Of a stretch of 64,000 nucleotides of DNA, positions 63,838-64,000 are shown one piece after another (positions within the stretch are counted from its first letter, which is position 1; each line of letters starts with the position of its first letter). Source of the DNA: Octopus sinensis (taxonomy: Eukaryota); contig NC_043005.1 of the NCBI RefSeq assembly GCF_006345805.1, positions 79,918,001-79,982,000 of the forward strand, in the 5' to 3' direction. Both the position numbers and the translations under genes were made by a program. Under the pieces are notes generated by a model. That model saw only the letters and a program-made list of their open reading frames with translations, was not told where the DNA came from and did not search any database.

Positions 63838-64000
63838 TATTCTTTTCTACTCTAGGCATAAGGCCCGAAATTTTGGAGGAGGGGATCAGTCAATTAGATC
63901 GACCCCAATACACAACTGGTACTTAATTTATCGACCCCGAAAGGATGAAAAGCAAAATCGATCTAAGTGGAATTTGAACTCATAATGTAAAGAAAGACGA
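63838..64000 (-). mobile_element. Family-A SINE (tail type 2), runs off window end
   Basis: TCGACCCCGAAAGGATGAAA body and TTCTACTCTAGGCATAAGGCCC tail. Confidence 0.8.

Overview
This is AT-rich eukaryotic non-coding DNA, either intergenic or a large intron. The repeat families look like those of a coleoid cephalopod, most likely Octopus; this is recognition from memory, not a database search. I can support no intact host gene, rRNA, functional tRNA or CRISPR array. Almost all long ORFs in the track are translations of (TA)n, (CA)n, (GAA)n or (ATT)n microsatellites. The window is a dense patchwork of mobile elements: (1) dozens of copies of at least four tRNA-derived SINE families; (2) decayed LINE fragments (two R4/Dong-like restriction-endonuclease 3' ends, plus Tx1/L1-like, RTE-like and CR1/L2-group pieces); (3) a full-length but frameshifted DD34E Tc1 transposon with long IR/DR termini, a mariner remnant and several MITEs; (4) many Penelope-like element (PLE) termini. 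The most striking layer is the PLE-associated one. About nine minimal type-I hammerhead-ribozyme motifs from roughly five unrelated sequence families occur here, and several sit in or beside fold-back (inverted-repeat) structures with arms of 80-285 bp. There is also a spacerless ~530-bp palindrome of unknown origin. Most element boundaries are approximate (about +/-10-20 bp), whereas the ribozyme, Tc1 and fold-back coordinates were counted by hand.
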